Shown one piece after another: positions 8,624-18,095 of a DNA stretch of 64,000 nt. The translations under genes were made by a program, and so were the position numbers. Within the stretch, counting starts at the first letter, position 1; every line of letters begins with the position of its first letter. Location of the stretch: assembly GCA_965215185.1 (NCBI GenBank), contig OZ244034.1, positions 1,472,001 to 1,536,000 on the forward strand, in the 5' to 3' direction. The notes beneath the pieces are model-generated. The model saw only the letters and a program-made list of their open reading frames with translations. It searched no databases and was not told where the DNA came from. Source of the stretch: Acidimicrobiia bacterium. Lineage in GTDB: Bacteria; Actinomycetota; Acidimicrobiia; Spongiisociales; ZC4RG35.

Positions 8624-9324
8624 TGATCAGCATCTACCCGGTCACGGGCCTTCCTGAAATATCGGTCGGAGACGACCTCGCCCTCCTGGTGAGCAACGCT
8701 TTGGTGGAGTCCCAAATCGGTCTGCATGCAGGAGATGTGGTGGTGGTAACCCATAAGATCGTCTCGAAGGCGGAGGGAAGACTGGTCGATTTGGAAGACG
8801 ACGGTCCCCACAGCCATCGACATCTGGTGGAAGAGGAGTCAGTAGCCACCCTCCGCCGCAGGGGTGACTTGGTGATCACGGAGACCCGGCACGGGTTCAT
8901 CTGCGCCAATGCGGGCGTGGACCGCTCCAATGTCGGCCCCGCCAAGGCAGTGTTGTTGCCTCTCAACCCCGACCGCTCCGCCCGACGGCTTCGCTTTCGG
9001 TTGATGCAACGGTTCGGTGTGGAGGTGGCGGTAGTAATCACCGACACCTTCGGACGGCCTTTTCGACGCGGGTTGACCGATGTGGCGATCGGAGTGGCGG
9101 GATTCAAACCGATCAGCGATTTACGGGGAGTGCCGGACGATCACAACCGCATCCTGGAGGTCACCGAGGTGGCGGTGGCCGATGAGATAGCAGCAGCGGC
9201 CGATCTGGTGAAAGGCAAGGCCCGGGGAATCCCGGTGGCGATCATCCGTGGATTGTCGCTGCCGACCGCCGACGGAGCGGCCACCGAGTTGGTGCGAGGA
9301 GCGTCCGAAGACCTGTTCCGTTGA
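8623..9324 (+). CDS. cofE: Coenzyme F420-0:L-glutamate ligase
   Basis: GLPEI..GDDL, KIVSKAEG, CANAGVDRSN, ITDTFGRPFRRG and ADEIAAAADLVKGK motifs. Coupled to the cofD stop. Confidence 0.93.
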   Translation: MISIYPVTGLPEISVGDDLALLVSNALVESQIGLHAGDVVVVTHKIVSKAEGRLVDLEDDGPHSHRHLVEEESVATLRRRGDLVITETRHGFICANAGVDRSNVGPAKAVLLPLNPDRSARRLRFRLMQRFGVEVAVVITDTFGRPFRRGLTDVAIGVAGFKPISDLRGVPDDHNRILEVTEVAVADEIAAAADLVKGKARGIPVAIIRGLSLPTADGAATELVRGASEDLFR

Positions 9325-9340
9325 TCCAGCCCCCAGTGAG

Positions 9341-10246
9341 CTAACCGGCGGCCATCCACTCCCATGTACGGCGAAGACCGGCTACCAGGTCGGTGCGGGC
9401 TTTCCAGCCCAGTTCGCCTTGGGCGGAACGAGGGTCCACAACCGACCGGCGAATGTCCCCCGGCCGGGCAGGGCGTCGCCGGGGGTTTTCTGACCAGCCC
9501 GTGATATCGCGCATGATCTCCAACAGTGAGAGCAGAGATGTCTCCACTCCCCTGCCCAGATCCAAAGCCAGCCCGTCCCCCCGATCGGCGGCGGCTACCA
9601 CGGCACCCACTGCATCTTCCACATAGAGGAAATCCCTGGTCTGCTGACCGTCCCCGTCCAGGAACAGAGACCCGCCCCGCGCCATTGCCTCTAACCAGGC
9701 GGCCACCACGGCCGATTCTCCGTCTCCGGGTTGGCGGGGTCCGTAAACATTGGCGGGACGGAGAGTGACCCAACGGATCCCCGCCGAAGGTGCTTTCCTC
9801 ATCAGGTACTCCTCGGCAGCCTGCTTGCTCATCCCGTAGGAAGACCCCGGACAGTGGGGAACGACTCCATGTACGGCCAGGGACGAAATGTTTACCAGTT
9901 TCTCTGCCCCGCTCCGACAAGCGGCTTCCAACACCCGAACGGTTCCCTCCACATTCACCTCCCTGCACCTTTTTTGGTTGTTTTCGCAGAGCATCACCGA
10001 CGAAACCGCCGCCAGGTGAAACACGACCTGGGGCTGGGATTTCATCATCGCCGCCTCCAGATCCGAACCCGTGATGTCCATCCTCATCTCCTCGACTCCC
10101 ATCGACCTCGCTCGCCGCAAGTTGGAACCCGAACCGGTGGAGAAGTCGTCAAAGGCCACCACCTTCCAACCATCGCGCGCCAAGGCCTCGCAAAGATGGG
10201 ATCCCACGAATCCCGCCCCGCCGGTGACCACGGCCCGGCGGCTCAT
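9341..10246 (-). CDS. NAD-dependent epimerase/dehydratase (GalE-like)
   Basis: TGGAGFVGS, HLAA, YGMSK (YxxxK), NVYGPRQ and RDFLYVED motifs. Confidence 0.88.
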   Translation of the reverse strand: MSRRAVVTGGAGFVGSHLCEALARDGWKVVAFDDFSTGSGSNLRRARSMGVEEMRMDITGSDLEAAMMKSQPQVVFHLAAVSSVMLCENNQKRCREVNVEGTVRVLEAACRSGAEKLVNISSLAVHGVVPHCPGSSYGMSKQAAEEYLMRKAPSAGIRWVTLRPANVYGPRQPGDGESAVVAAWLEAMARGGSLFLDGDGQQTRDFLYVEDAVGAVVAAADRGDGLALDLGRGVETSLLSLLEIMRDITGWSENPRRRPARPGDIRRSVVDPRSAQGELGWKARTDLVAGLRRTWEWMAAG

Positions 10247-10375
10247 CGGAAAGCCGCCCGCCAACAGGTTGTTGTGGAGCAGCAAAGGCCCAACTGCATC
10301 ATCTAGCTATGAAAAATAGCCGCTCATCGAAGCCGCTACCCTTTCCGTAGTGATACCAACCCAGGAGGGTTAGCT

Positions 10376-11119
10376 TTGGCGGTGCTTCCCCACGAGGGTA
10401 CTTACCCGGTGATGTACGGTACCTACTCCACACCGACTGGAGGTTCTTACCGGTCCGACTACCTGGCCAGACCTGATGCGGTAGGCCGTTTCCCGGTGGT
10501 TCTGATCCTAAGGGACGAAGCGGGGATTACCTCACATACCAAGAGTTTCTCCCATTTCCTGGCCCGCCGAGGAATAGCGGTGCTCGCCTTGAACCTGGAT
10601 GTGCAGCAGCCCGGCCTGGCTGACGGACGGACCGGGCCTTTCGACCGCGACACCGAGGTGCTGGCTCAACTCGATGAAACCCACCGCTTTCTGACCGGTG
10701 AAGATCTCGACTGGGCGCTCACCGGGCGCTTTGGGATACTGGGCATCGAGTCGGGGGGAAGACTGGCATTGATAGCCGCCGCCCTGCGAAGCTGGGGCGG
10801 GCCAGTAGCGGCACTCTACGTACCCCTCTCCGGGGATCAACAACAACGCTATCCGATCGCCGAGCAACTGCCCCGGTTGGGCGGAGAGGTGCTCGGTATT
10901 TACGCCTCCGAGGATGACCTCATCGACCCCACTTTGGTGGACGGCGCCCAGAGCCGCAACCCGGGCGGACAGTGGCTGCTCTATCAGGGAGTGGGACACG
11001 GATTTGTCAATGAGAACCACTCCAATTACAACGAGGCGGCGGCCATGGACGCTTTGACGCGGGTGGCCGGGTTCTTCACCGCTCTTCTTCCTGCACCCCA
11101 ACTCGAGGAGACCGGTTAG
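10376..11119 (+). CDS. Dienelactone hydrolase family protein (nucleophile substituted)
   Basis: YLARP, GHGF.N and Y...AA.DA..R...FF match the family. The nucleophile elbow reads GIESGG rather than GxCxGG. Confidence 0.75.
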   Translation: MAVLPHEGTYPVMYGTYSTPTGGSYRSDYLARPDAVGRFPVVLILRDEAGITSHTKSFSHFLARRGIAVLALNLDVQQPGLADGRTGPFDRDTEVLAQLDETHRFLTGEDLDWALTGRFGILGIESGGRLALIAAALRSWGGPVAALYVPLSGDQQQRYPIAEQLPRLGGEVLGIYASEDDLIDPTLVDGAQSRNPGGQWLLYQGVGHGFVNENHSNYNEAAAMDALTRVAGFFTALLPAPQLEETG

Positions 11120-11826
11120 TCCTGTTGGTTGACGACCCGAACATGGGAGACGTCTGCGGAAAGTAGCCTTCTTCGGCCGTCGGCCGTCTCAACTACCAGC
11201 GCACCTTCGGAGTCCACATCAACCGCCTGTCCGGATACTCCCTCTCCCCAGCCCACCCTTTGACCGAGTGTGATGCAGCGACGTCGGTAATGATCGAGAG
11301 AGAACTTTCCTCCCCCCGGATCGAGAGCAGCCTCGATAAACCTCCCCGCCCAGGCATGGGCGATCTCTTCGCGTCGGGAGGAATCGGGGGGATGATCTTG
11401 CAGACCGGCCATTCCCCCCGGGGGATCAGGCCACCACAGGTTCAGCCCGCAACCTGCCACCACCAACGAGTCTCTCCCCTCCAGCAACACCCCGCCCACC
11501 TTGTCATGGCCGACCAAAAGGTCGTTGGGCCACTTCAGGGAGACATGCTCACCCAACACCTCCGCCGCCTGCCAGCCCGCCATGAGGGACAGCAAACCCC
11601 ACTGGCTCCTAGCCCATCGCGGTTCACAGGCCACAGAAACCGCCACCGATCCCGGTGCGGTTATCCAATCCCGGCCCCGTCTTCCCCTACCATGTTCCTG
11701 ACGGTCTGCAACCACCACGACTGGCCTTCCCCGATAAGCTCGGCGGGCGTCGTCCTGAGTGGAAGCCGTGACGGACAACCGAATCAGCCAATATGGTGTA
11801 GCCAAAGAGGTATACCCCAAGTCCAA
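11116..11826 (-). CDS. birA: Biotin protein ligase (no HTH domain)
   Basis: STQD, QEHGRGRRGRDW, KWPNDL and KVGGVL motifs. Confidence 0.92.
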   Translation of the reverse strand: MDLGYTSLATPYWLIRLSVTASTQDDARRAYRGRPVVVVADRQEHGRGRRGRDWITAPGSVAVSVACEPRWARSQWGLLSLMAGWQAAEVLGEHVSLKWPNDLLVGHDKVGGVLLEGRDSLVVAGCGLNLWWPDPPGGMAGLQDHPPDSSRREEIAHAWAGRFIEAALDPGGGKFSLDHYRRRCITLGQRVGWGEGVSGQAVDVDSEGALVVETADGRRRLLSADVSHVRVVNQQD

Positions 11827-11859
11827 GTACCAGCAAGCCTATCAAAGAGGTAACAGAGG

Positions 11860-13407
11860 GTGGGTACCGAACAACGAATTGAACACTTGCGCAAAATGCG
11901 TAGCCAATCTCTGGCCGTGGACCGCCGGGCCATTGACCGCCAGCACGAGCGAGGCAAGCTCACCGCCCGAGAACGTATCGCCCACCTTTTGGACCAGGAC
12001 ACCTTCTGCGAGGTTGATGCCTTCGTGCGTCATTCGGCCCGAGGGTTCGGGGTGGAGAACCGCCGTCCCCTGGGCGACGCGGTGGTGACCGGTTGGGGCA
12101 AGATCGACGGGCGCACGGCATTCGTCTTCGCTGAGGACTTCACCAGCTTCGGAGGCAGCCTGGGTCGGGCGGTAGCCGACAAGATCTGCAAAATCACCGA
12201 CATGGCAATGCAAGCCGGCGCTCCCCTGATCGGACTGAAGGATTCGGGAGGCGCCCGCATCCAGGAGGGGGTGGCCTCCTTGGATGGTTACGGGAGGATT
12301 TTCGAACGGAACGTGCGCGCCTCGGGGGTGATACCGCAGATATCGGTGATCATGGGCCCTTGCGCGGGAGGCGCCGTCTACTCCCCGGCCCTCACCGATT
12401 TCGTAATTCAGGTCACCGAAACCAGTCACCTGTTCATCACCGGTCCCGATGTGATCAAGGCGGTGACCGGAGAAGAGGTCACCTTCGAAGAGCTGGGCGG
12501 GGCGATGGTGCACGCCACCACCTCCGGTGTGGTTCACTTTGTCTTCTCCGATGACGAACTGGCTCTGGAGGGAGTACGGTACCTGCTCTCCTTTCTGCCC
12601 CAGAACAACTTGGAACTTCCCGCCTACTTCACTCCCACCGACTCCCCCACCCGCACGGACGACCTGTTGGACCAGATCATCCCCGACTCTTCCAACCAGC
12701 CTTACGACATGAACACCCTGGTCGAAATCGTCCTCGATGACGGCGATTTTTTCCAGGTCCACGAGCACTGGGCGCGCAACCTGCTGGTGGGATTGGGCCG
12801 TTTGGACGGCCATACCGTGGGAGTGGTTGCCAATCAGCCCTCGGTCCTGGCCGGGACCCTGGACATCAGCGCCGCCCAGAAGGGGGCTCGATTCGTCAGA
12901 TTCTGCGACGCGTTCAACATACCCCTGGTTACGTTCGTGGATGTGCCCGGAGTTCTCCCCGGAGTGGATCAGGAGCACAACGGGATCATCCGCCACGGTG
13001 CCAAGCTGCTCTACGCCTACTGCGAAGCCACGGTCCCCCGGGTCTCGGTGATCACCCGCAAAGCCTATGGCGGGGCCTATCTGGTAATGAACGCTCGCGG
13101 GATCCGGGCCGACTTGGTCTTGGCCTGGCCCTCGGCGGAGATCGCGGTGATGGGCGCCTCGGGCGCAGTCAACGTAATCTTCCGCCGAGAGATCGCCTCC
13201 GCCCAAGACCCCGAGCAGCGCCGAGGCGAACTCATCAGCGACTATGAGGAAGAGTTCAATAACCCCTACCAGGCCGCGGAACTCGGGCTGGTGGACTCGG
13301 TTATTGAGCCCCGTGAAACCAGATCCCACCTAATCGCAGCGTTGGAGATGCTGCGTACCAAACGGGAGGCTCTGCCCAGCAAGAAACACGGGAACATACC
13401 GTTGTGA
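11860..13407 (+). CDS. pccB: Acyl-CoA (propionyl-CoA-like) carboxylase carboxyltransferase subunit
   Basis: GKLTARERI, DSGGARIQEG, GPCAGGAVYSPA, RKAYGGA and KKHGNIPL motifs. Confidence 0.9.
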   Translation: MGTEQRIEHLRKMRSQSLAVDRRAIDRQHERGKLTARERIAHLLDQDTFCEVDAFVRHSARGFGVENRRPLGDAVVTGWGKIDGRTAFVFAEDFTSFGGSLGRAVADKICKITDMAMQAGAPLIGLKDSGGARIQEGVASLDGYGRIFERNVRASGVIPQISVIMGPCAGGAVYSPALTDFVIQVTETSHLFITGPDVIKAVTGEEVTFEELGGAMVHATTSGVVHFVFSDDELALEGVRYLLSFLPQNNLELPAYFTPTDSPTRTDDLLDQIIPDSSNQPYDMNTLVEIVLDDGDFFQVHEHWARNLLVGLGRLDGHTVGVVANQPSVLAGTLDISAAQKGARFVRFCDAFNIPLVTFVDVPGVLPGVDQEHNGIIRHGAKLLYAYCEATVPRVSVITRKAYGGAYLVMNARGIRADLVLAWPSAEIAVMGASGAVNVIFRREIASAQDPEQRRGELISDYEEEFNNPYQAAELGLVDSVIEPRETRSHLIAALEMLRTKREALPSKKHGNIPL

Positions 13408-15140
13408 AATCGGTGCTGGTCGCCAACCGCGGCGAAATCGCGGTCAGGATCATCCGCACCTGCCACGAGATGGGATTGCAGACCATCGCCGTTTACTCGG
13501 AGCCGGACCGGGACGCCTATCACGCCTATTTGGCGGATCAGGCTTGGAACATCGGACCCGCTCCGGCCGGACAGTCTTACCTGAATGCGGAACGGATCCT
13601 GAAGGTGGCCGCCGAAACGGGCGCCGAGGCCATCCACCCCGGATACGGCTTCTTGTCGGAAAACCCCGACTTCGCCCGGGCGGTCATCGAGGCGGGTTTG
13701 ATCTGGGTAGGCCCGCCCCCCTCGGCTATCGCAGCCATGGGAGACAAGGTCGCCTCCCGTCGAATAGCGGTCGAGGCAGGGGTCCCGGTGGTGCCCGGCA
13801 CCGACTCACCGTTGGATGACCCCGCCGAGATCATGGAAGTTGCGGAGCGGCTGGGCTATCCGGTGCTGATCAAAGCCTCACGGGCGGGTGGCGGAAGAGG
13901 CATGCGGGTAGTGAACCATCCATCTGAGATTGAGGAAGCGCTGGCGTCGGCCCAACGAGAAGCCGATGCCTATTTCAGCAGCCCCGAAGTCTACTTGGAG
14001 AAAAGGTTGACCAATGTCCACCACATCGAGGCGCAGATCCTGGTGGATAACCACCACAACTACGTCTATTTGGGAGAGCGGGACTGTTCGGTGCAAAGAC
14101 GTCACCAAAAGCTCATCGAAGAGGCGCCCTCGGCGATACTCAGCCTGGCGCAAAGCCGCGAACTGGGCGAGGCCGCTTTGCGGATCGCTCGCACCTGTGA
14201 TTACCGCAACGCCGGCACGGTGGAGTTCCTAGCCGATTCATCGGGGACGTTCTACTTTTTGGAGATGAACACCCGTCTACAGGTGGAGCACACCGTAACA
14301 GAAATGGTCACCGGCGTGGACCTGGTTCGCGAACAGCTGCGAATCGCCGCCGGACGGCCCACCTCGGCCGTCGGGCTTCGGGCGGACGGGCACGCCATCG
14401 AGATGCGCATCAATGCCGAGGATCCCTACCGCAATTACATGCCCACGCCGGGTCGGATCGTCAACTATCGGGAGCCGTCTGGACCGGGAGTGCGAGTGGA
14501 TGGATGGGTGAGTTCAGGAGTCACCATTCCCCGCTTCTACGACAACCTGCTGGCCAAACTGGTGGTGTGGGCGCCTACCCGGACACAGGCCATCAGTCGA
14601 GCCAGGCGGGCTTTGGACGAGTTTGAGATCACCGGCGTGCCCACCACCATTCCCGTTCACCGGGCGGTGCTCAACCACCCTGATTTCATATCCGCTCGCC
14701 ACCACACCAGTTGGCTGGAGAGCGAGGTTGATCTTTCCCCATCCGAGCCGGAAGTGGCCGAGTCCCTGCCGGAGGAGGAGGGGGTCCTTCGCCAGGACAT
14801 GACCGTGGAGATCAGTGGCCGAAGGTTTGTCGTCTCATATTGGGAGCCGGATGTGGGGCAGGAAGACCGCCCGACCAAGGTGCGACGTCGTCCACCCAAG
14901 CCCGCCACTGGACCTGCCGGTGCCGGGGACGGAGCGGTTACCGCCCCCATGCAGGGCACCATCGTCAAAGTAAATGTGAAAGTGGGAGACCAGGTGGGCG
15001 CCGACGACACCATCTGCGTTCTGGAGGCCATGAAAATGGAAAACGCGGTGTCGGCCGGCAAAGACGGCAATGTGGTGGAATTGCGCATCAAGCCCGGCGA
15101 TTCGGTGGCAACCGGAGCGGTTGTGGCGATCATTCGATAG
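13404..15140 (+). CDS. Acyl-CoA carboxylase alpha subunit (biotin carboxylase + BCCP)
   Basis: VANRGEIA, HPGYGFLSEN, ERDCSVQRRHQK and EMNTRLQVEH motifs. C-terminal EAMKM biotinylation site. Confidence 0.93.
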   Translation: MKSVLVANRGEIAVRIIRTCHEMGLQTIAVYSEPDRDAYHAYLADQAWNIGPAPAGQSYLNAERILKVAAETGAEAIHPGYGFLSENPDFARAVIEAGLIWVGPPPSAIAAMGDKVASRRIAVEAGVPVVPGTDSPLDDPAEIMEVAERLGYPVLIKASRAGGGRGMRVVNHPSEIEEALASAQREADAYFSSPEVYLEKRLTNVHHIEAQILVDNHHNYVYLGERDCSVQRRHQKLIEEAPSAILSLAQSRELGEAALRIARTCDYRNAGTVEFLADSSGTFYFLEMNTRLQVEHTVTEMVTGVDLVREQLRIAAGRPTSAVGLRADGHAIEMRINAEDPYRNYMPTPGRIVNYREPSGPGVRVDGWVSSGVTIPRFYDNLLAKLVVWAPTRTQAISRARRALDEFEITGVPTTIPVHRAVLNHPDFISARHHTSWLESEVDLSPSEPEVAESLPEEEGVLRQDMTVEISGRRFVVSYWEPDVGQEDRPTKVRRRPPKPATGPAGAGDGAVTAPMQGTIVKVNVKVGDQVGADDTICVLEAMKMENAVSAGKDGNVVELRIKPGDSVATGAVVAIIR

Positions 15141-15410
15141 TCGCCAACCGAGTACGGTAGGTGGAGAATAACCGGCTCTCATTGCGTGCAGTATTGGTAG
15201 CGGCCGAGGCGACATTACGTGGGTGACGAATGTCTACATCGGTGGAAAGTTTCCCGCCCCGCCCAAGTTTGACCGAAGGCCTCCCTAAAATACCTGGTAC
15301 CTAGACATCACGGGTGCTGCGGGTTGGCGGATTCCTGCAACCCCATCGAAGCGCCTCTGTCTGGGCCCGACTTTATGAAAATGGATCACTATGAAGGAAA
15401 GAATGTACTC

Positions 15411-17930
15411 ATGATGCATAATACCATGCGGTATGTCAAGCTATTGGTCATTGTCTCGGTGATGGCCCTCGTGGCGGCCGCCTGTGGAGGTGACGAGCCG
15501 GAGGAGGAGACAGTTGCTCCCCCCACTACCCAAGTCCCCGTCACTACTGAAGCCCCTACCGTTGAACCGACAGAGGAACCAGCCATGGACGGTCAGTTGG
15601 TGATTGGTACGTTGTTGCCGGTTACTGGGGACTTGGCTTTCTTGGGTCCACCGGAAGTGGCCGGCGCTCGGTTGGCTGTGGCCGATATCAACGCGGCGGG
15701 TGGTGTGTTCGGCAATGATGTGGTGTTGCATGAGGGGGACTCTGGTGACACCAACCAGGACATCGCCAACCCCGAAGTTGACCGGCTTTTGGCCTTGGAT
15801 GTGGATGCGATCATCGGAGCGGCCAGCTCGGCTGTTTCCAAGCTGGTGATTGACAAGATCACCGGTAACAACGTGATCCAGGTTTCCCCGGCCAACACCT
15901 CCCCGGACTTCACCACATACGACGACAACGGCCTGTACTTCCGTACGGCCCCCTCCGACTTGTTGCAAGGTAAGGTCTTGGCGGATCTGGTTGCATCAGA
16001 AGGCAACGAGATCGCCGGTGTGATCTTCCGACAGGAGTCCTATGGGCAGGGCCTGGCCGATTCCTTCAAGGACAACTTCGAGAGCCAGGGCGGCACGGTT
16101 GATCCGTTTATCGCCTATGCGCCCGGTACCGATAACTTCGACGCCGAAGTCGATCAGTTGGCGGGAGCCAGTCCCGACGCGGTCGTGGTGATCGGTTTCC
16201 AGGAATCAGCCACCATTTTGGTGACGATGCACGAGCGGGGCATTGGTCCCACTTCTGCCACCAATGTGTACGGTGTTGACGGAAACATCGGTGGAATCGG
16301 TGCTGAGCTTTCCGATCCTTCGATCATCACGGGTATGCGCGGTACTGAACCGTCGGTGGACTTGACTTCCATCTCGGACTTCACCTCCCGTTTGGAAGGC
16401 GCCTACGAGGGTGGTCTGCAAGAGATCTATGCCTACGGTGCGGAGACCTACGACGCGATCGTGATCGTGGCCTTGGCCGCGCTGGTAGCCAACTCCGACG
16501 ACCCGGTAGCCATCGGAGCGCAGATCAACGGCGTGACCAAGGACGGCACTAAGTGCACCTCCTTCGCGGAATGCAAGAACATTATCGAAAGCGGTAGTGA
16601 TCCCGATTACGACGGAGTAGGCGGACCCTACGAGTTCGTGGAAGCCGGCGAACCAGCCGCAGCCAGCTTCCGTATCGCCACCTACAGCGGCGGCGACAAA
16701 CCCGACAGCGCACTCGACGAATACGTCTTCGCCGGCGGCAGCGATGCAGCCATGGACGACATGGAAGAGATGGCCACCGGTCAGTTGGTGATTGGTACGT
16801 TGTTGCCGGTTACTGGGGACTTGGCTTTCTTGGGTCCACCGGAAGTGGCCGGCGCTCGGTTGGCTGTGGCCGATATCAACGCGGCGGGTGGTGTGTTCGG
16901 CAATGATGTGGTGTTGCATGAGGGGGACTCTGGTGACACCAACCAGGACATCGCCAACCCCGAAGTTGACCGGCTTTTGGCCTTGGATGTGGATGCGATC
17001 ATCGGAGCGGCCAGCTCGGCTGTTTCCAAGCTGGTGATTGACAAGATCACCGGTAACAACGTGATCCAGGTTTCCCCGGCCAACACCTCCCCGGACTTCA
17101 CCACATACGACGACAACGGCCTGTACTTCCGTACGGCCCCCTCCGACTTGTTGCAAGGTAAGGTCTTGGCGGATCTGGTTGCATCAGAAGGCAACGAGAT
17201 CGCCGGTGTGATCTTCCGACAGGAGTCCTATGGGCAGGGCCTGGCCGATTCCTTCAAGGACAACTTCGAGAGCCAGGGCGGCACGGTTGATCCGTTTATC
17301 GCCTATGCGCCCGGTACCGATAACTTCGACGCCGAAGTCGATCAGTTGGCGGGAGCCAGTCCCGACGCGGTCGTGGTGATCGGTTTCCAGGAATCAGCCA
17401 CCATTTTGGTGACGATGCACGAGCGGGGCATTGGTCCCACTTCTGCCACCAATGTGTACGGTGTTGACGGAAACATCGGTGGAATCGGTGCTGAGCTTTC
17501 CGATCCTTCGATCATCACGGGTATGCGCGGTACTGAACCGTCGGTGGACTTGACTTCCATCTCGGACTTCACCTCCCGTTTGGAAGGCGCCTACGAGGGT
17601 GGTCTGCAAGAGATCTATGCCTACGGTGCGGAGACCTACGACGCGATCGTGATCGTGGCCTTGGCCGCGCTGGTAGCCAACTCCGACGACCCGGTAGCCA
17701 TCGGAGCGCAGATCAACGGCGTGACCCGGGGCGGCTTCAAGTGCACCTCCTTCGCGGAATGCAAGAACATTATCGAAAGCGGTAGTGATCCCGATTACGA
17801 CGGAGTAGGCGGACCCTACGAGTTCGTGGAAGCCGGCGAACCAGCCGCAGCCAGCTTCCGTATCGCCACCTACAGCGGCGGCGACAAACCCGACAGCGCA
17901 CTCGACGAATACGTCTTCGCCGGCGGGTAA
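15411..17930 (+). CDS. Branched-chain amino acid-type ABC substrate-binding lipoprotein with two tandem binding domains
   Basis: Lipobox VAAAC and a Pro/Thr/Glu linker, then two LivJ/K-like domains (GTLLP.TG, INAAGG, FRTAPSD). RBS GAAGGAAAG precedes 15411. Confidence 0.9.
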   Translation: MMHNTMRYVKLLVIVSVMALVAAACGGDEPEEETVAPPTTQVPVTTEAPTVEPTEEPAMDGQLVIGTLLPVTGDLAFLGPPEVAGARLAVADINAAGGVFGNDVVLHEGDSGDTNQDIANPEVDRLLALDVDAIIGAASSAVSKLVIDKITGNNVIQVSPANTSPDFTTYDDNGLYFRTAPSDLLQGKVLADLVASEGNEIAGVIFRQESYGQGLADSFKDNFESQGGTVDPFIAYAPGTDNFDAEVDQLAGASPDAVVVIGFQESATILVTMHERGIGPTSATNVYGVDGNIGGIGAELSDPSIITGMRGTEPSVDLTSISDFTSRLEGAYEGGLQEIYAYGAETYDAIVIVALAALVANSDDPVAIGAQINGVTKDGTKCTSFAECKNIIESGSDPDYDGVGGPYEFVEAGEPAAASFRIATYSGGDKPDSALDEYVFAGGSDAAMDDMEEMATGQLVIGTLLPVTGDLAFLGPPEVAGARLAVADINAAGGVFGNDVVLHEGDSGDTNQDIANPEVDRLLALDVDAIIGAASSAVSKLVIDKITGNNVIQVSPANTSPDFTTYDDNGLYFRTAPSDLLQGKVLADLVASEGNEIAGVIFRQESYGQGLADSFKDNFESQGGTVDPFIAYAPGTDNFDAEVDQLAGASPDAVVVIGFQESATILVTMHERGIGPTSATNVYGVDGNIGGIGAELSDPSIITGMRGTEPSVDLTSISDFTSRLEGAYEGGLQEIYAYGAETYDAIVIVALAALVANSDDPVAIGAQINGVTRGGFKCTSFAECKNIIESGSDPDYDGVGGPYEFVEAGEPAAASFRIATYSGGDKPDSALDEYVFAGG
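15590..17926 (+). repeat. Direct repeat, 2 x 1149 nt (15590-16738 and 16778-17926), period 1188
   Basis: The copies appear identical on reading except for 6 substitutions at 16539-16550 vs 17727-17738. A 39-nt unique linker separates them. Confidence 0.95.
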
Positions 17931-17953
17931 TCTGCCCGCTACTCAAACAACCC

Positions 17954-17992
17954 AAGTGGGGGACCGGTCAACAACCGGTCCCCCACTTTTCT
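17954..17992 (+). terminator. Intrinsic terminator
   Basis: AAGTGGGGGACCGGT-CAACA-ACCGGTCCCCCACTT followed by TTCT, between convergent genes. Confidence 0.85.
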
Positions 17993-18095
17993 TCTACAGG
18001 GGGGATTAATTCTTGTTTCGGGCCAATGCCGTGCAATCGCCTCCTCCCGGCGCCCGGCCGATTGCGATTGTCAGACTCAGGTTCGAGTCAGACGA

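Noticed and set aside
11842-13329. 495-aa antisense ORF opposite the carboxyltransferase
   Set aside because: Shadow ORF caused by GC-rich codon bias; no recognisable motifs.
15211-15234. Imperfect palindrome GACATT...AATGTC upstream of the binding-protein gene
   Set aside because: It could be an operator, but it is short, has a bulge and occurs once; not enough support.
15590-17926. Diversity-generating retroelement template/variable repeat pair
   Set aside because: Four of six differences are at adenines, but two are not. Hundreds of other adenines are unchanged, both copies are coding, and there is no reverse transcriptase in the window.
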